A DNA stretch of 62,183 bases, the filler included. It is 8 parts of 8 records of this genome, joined end to end, with 100 filler letters (N's around TTAATTAATTAA, not from the genome) between each part and the next. Parts side by side here need not be neighbours in the genome. Positions count along the whole stretch, not along the records: positions 55,996 to 62,183 come from SRR31147125_19094; 7 more parts are not named here. One strand, given 5' to 3'. The translations under genes were made by a program, and so were the position numbers. Positions 61,240 through 62,183 of the stretch are shown here, piece by piece. The notes under the pieces are model-generated. The model saw nothing but the letters and a program-made list of their open reading frames with translations. It did not search any database and was not told the origin of the DNA. Numbering within the stretch: position 1 is the stretch's first letter; each line of letters begins with the position of its first letter.

Positions 61240-62183
61240 ATGGAAAAGAATCTCATGAAACATATTGTCCAGATTATTTTCACAATCTTCATCCTAACAA
61301 ATACAGTATTAATTTCTTATGGGCAAATAAACAAAGCCGAGATTACAGGTGCTTACATTTATAACTTCGCAAAGTTATCATCAACAGAAAAACAAAAACA
61401 GCTAAAAACGTACAACATGGTACTCATTTCTGATGACGATGAGTTAATCAAAGAATTCAGGAAAATAGAAAAGGAATTAAAAGTCGACAATAAAAACATT
61501 AAACTAACCATAAAAACGAATTCCAATTTGAATTTTGATGAAGCCTGTCTTGTTTTTGTCGCTTCTGATAAATTAAAGCATTACAATACAATTTTTGAAG
61601 AAATCAGGGAAACCGAAGTTTTACTGGTGAGTGAAAATTATACTGAAAAAGAAAAATATTACTCAACTTATTCGAAACAGAAGATGGAAAAATCCATTTT
61701 GAAATGAACAAGGGTAATATTTATGAACGTAAAATTCAGATTAGCGATGAAGTACTTTTACTGGGAGGTACAGAAATTGATTTGGTTGAACTTTACCGGA
61801 ACTCGCAACGAAGATTGGACAATACTGTAAATAAATTAGAGAGCTCAGAACGCAGATTGGAAAATATGGAGTCTGACTTGGAGGCTTTAAATAAACAGGT
61901 TGACGATGCTGAAGTATTGGTTGAAAAACACCAGTCTGAAATTCAGGAGCAAAAAAGTATAATTGCACTTCAAACAAGTGAAAGGCAGAAACTTACAATT
62001 GATATTGATGACTATAAAAATCAATTAATAAACCAACAAGATGCTTTATCGGAAAACAAAGGTCTGCTGGAATCTATTAACGACAGTCTTTTAGCTTCAG
62101 AAAACAGAATGCTTGAATTTGAAAAAGAAATTCAAGAAAACAATGTGATTTTGAATGCACAAAAGGAGCAAATTGAAGAAAGG
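61240..62183 (+). CDS. YfiR/DUF4154 domain plus coiled-coil protein (probable sensor N-terminus); frameshift at 61646-61656; 3'-truncated
   Basis: YfiR-like AYIYNFAK and LLVSEN. Adding one A continues ILLNLF..IHFEMNKGNI..LLLGGTEIDLVELYRNSQ into a Q/E/K heptad-rich region that stays open to the window end. Confidence 0.75.

Noticed and set aside
1-62183. CRISPR arrays, tRNA/rRNA genes, prophage or defence systems
   Set aside because: No regularly spaced direct repeats, cloverleaf or rRNA signatures, or phage/defence motifs were seen on manual reading.

Overview
This window is not one locus. It is eight unrelated contigs joined by seven identical 100-nt spacers (N44-TTAATTAATTAA-N44), consistent with a metagenome concatenation. 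(1) 1-5041, Firmicutes-like cellobiose/cellodextrin locus: GH1, GH94 cellobiose phosphorylase, ABC binding lipoprotein and two LacI-type palindromes. (2) 5142-13740, FCB-group bacterium (KSB1/Calditrichota-like, inferred): secreted proteins with C-terminal sorting domains, rfaE2, pfkA, frameshifted alr, GT2, ccmE. (3) 13841-18908, a eukaryotic gene with many short introns encoding a P5A ATPase (Spf1/ATP13A1), which the ORF track misses. (4) 19009-31811, origin-proximal FCB-type region: three SurA/parvulin foldases, mfd, two perfect parS sites, dapF, a receiver-fused PEP-synthase-like protein, an RRM protein and mnmG. (5) 31912-43947, amino-acid catabolism neighbourhood: EtfA, membrane Fe-S ETF oxidoreductase, rhodanese, dusB, an arginine synthetase (ArcE)-like ATPase next to carbamate kinase, a four-subunit 2-oxoacid:ferredoxin oxidoreductase, ndk and a very divergent PurD-like ligase. 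(6) 44048-49604, Bacteroidota radC-deacetylase-GNAT-deacetylase-GNAT-upp operon. (7) 49705-55895, a large PA14-containing surface protein, an SDR and typA. (8) 55996-62183, a Bacteroidota IS fragment, two tandem paralogous TonB-dependent receptors and a YfiR/DUF4154-coiled-coil sensor. At least five genes carry single-base frameshifts, mostly in homopolymer runs, probably sequencing errors. Taxonomy and family calls come from motif recognition only; no database searches were run.
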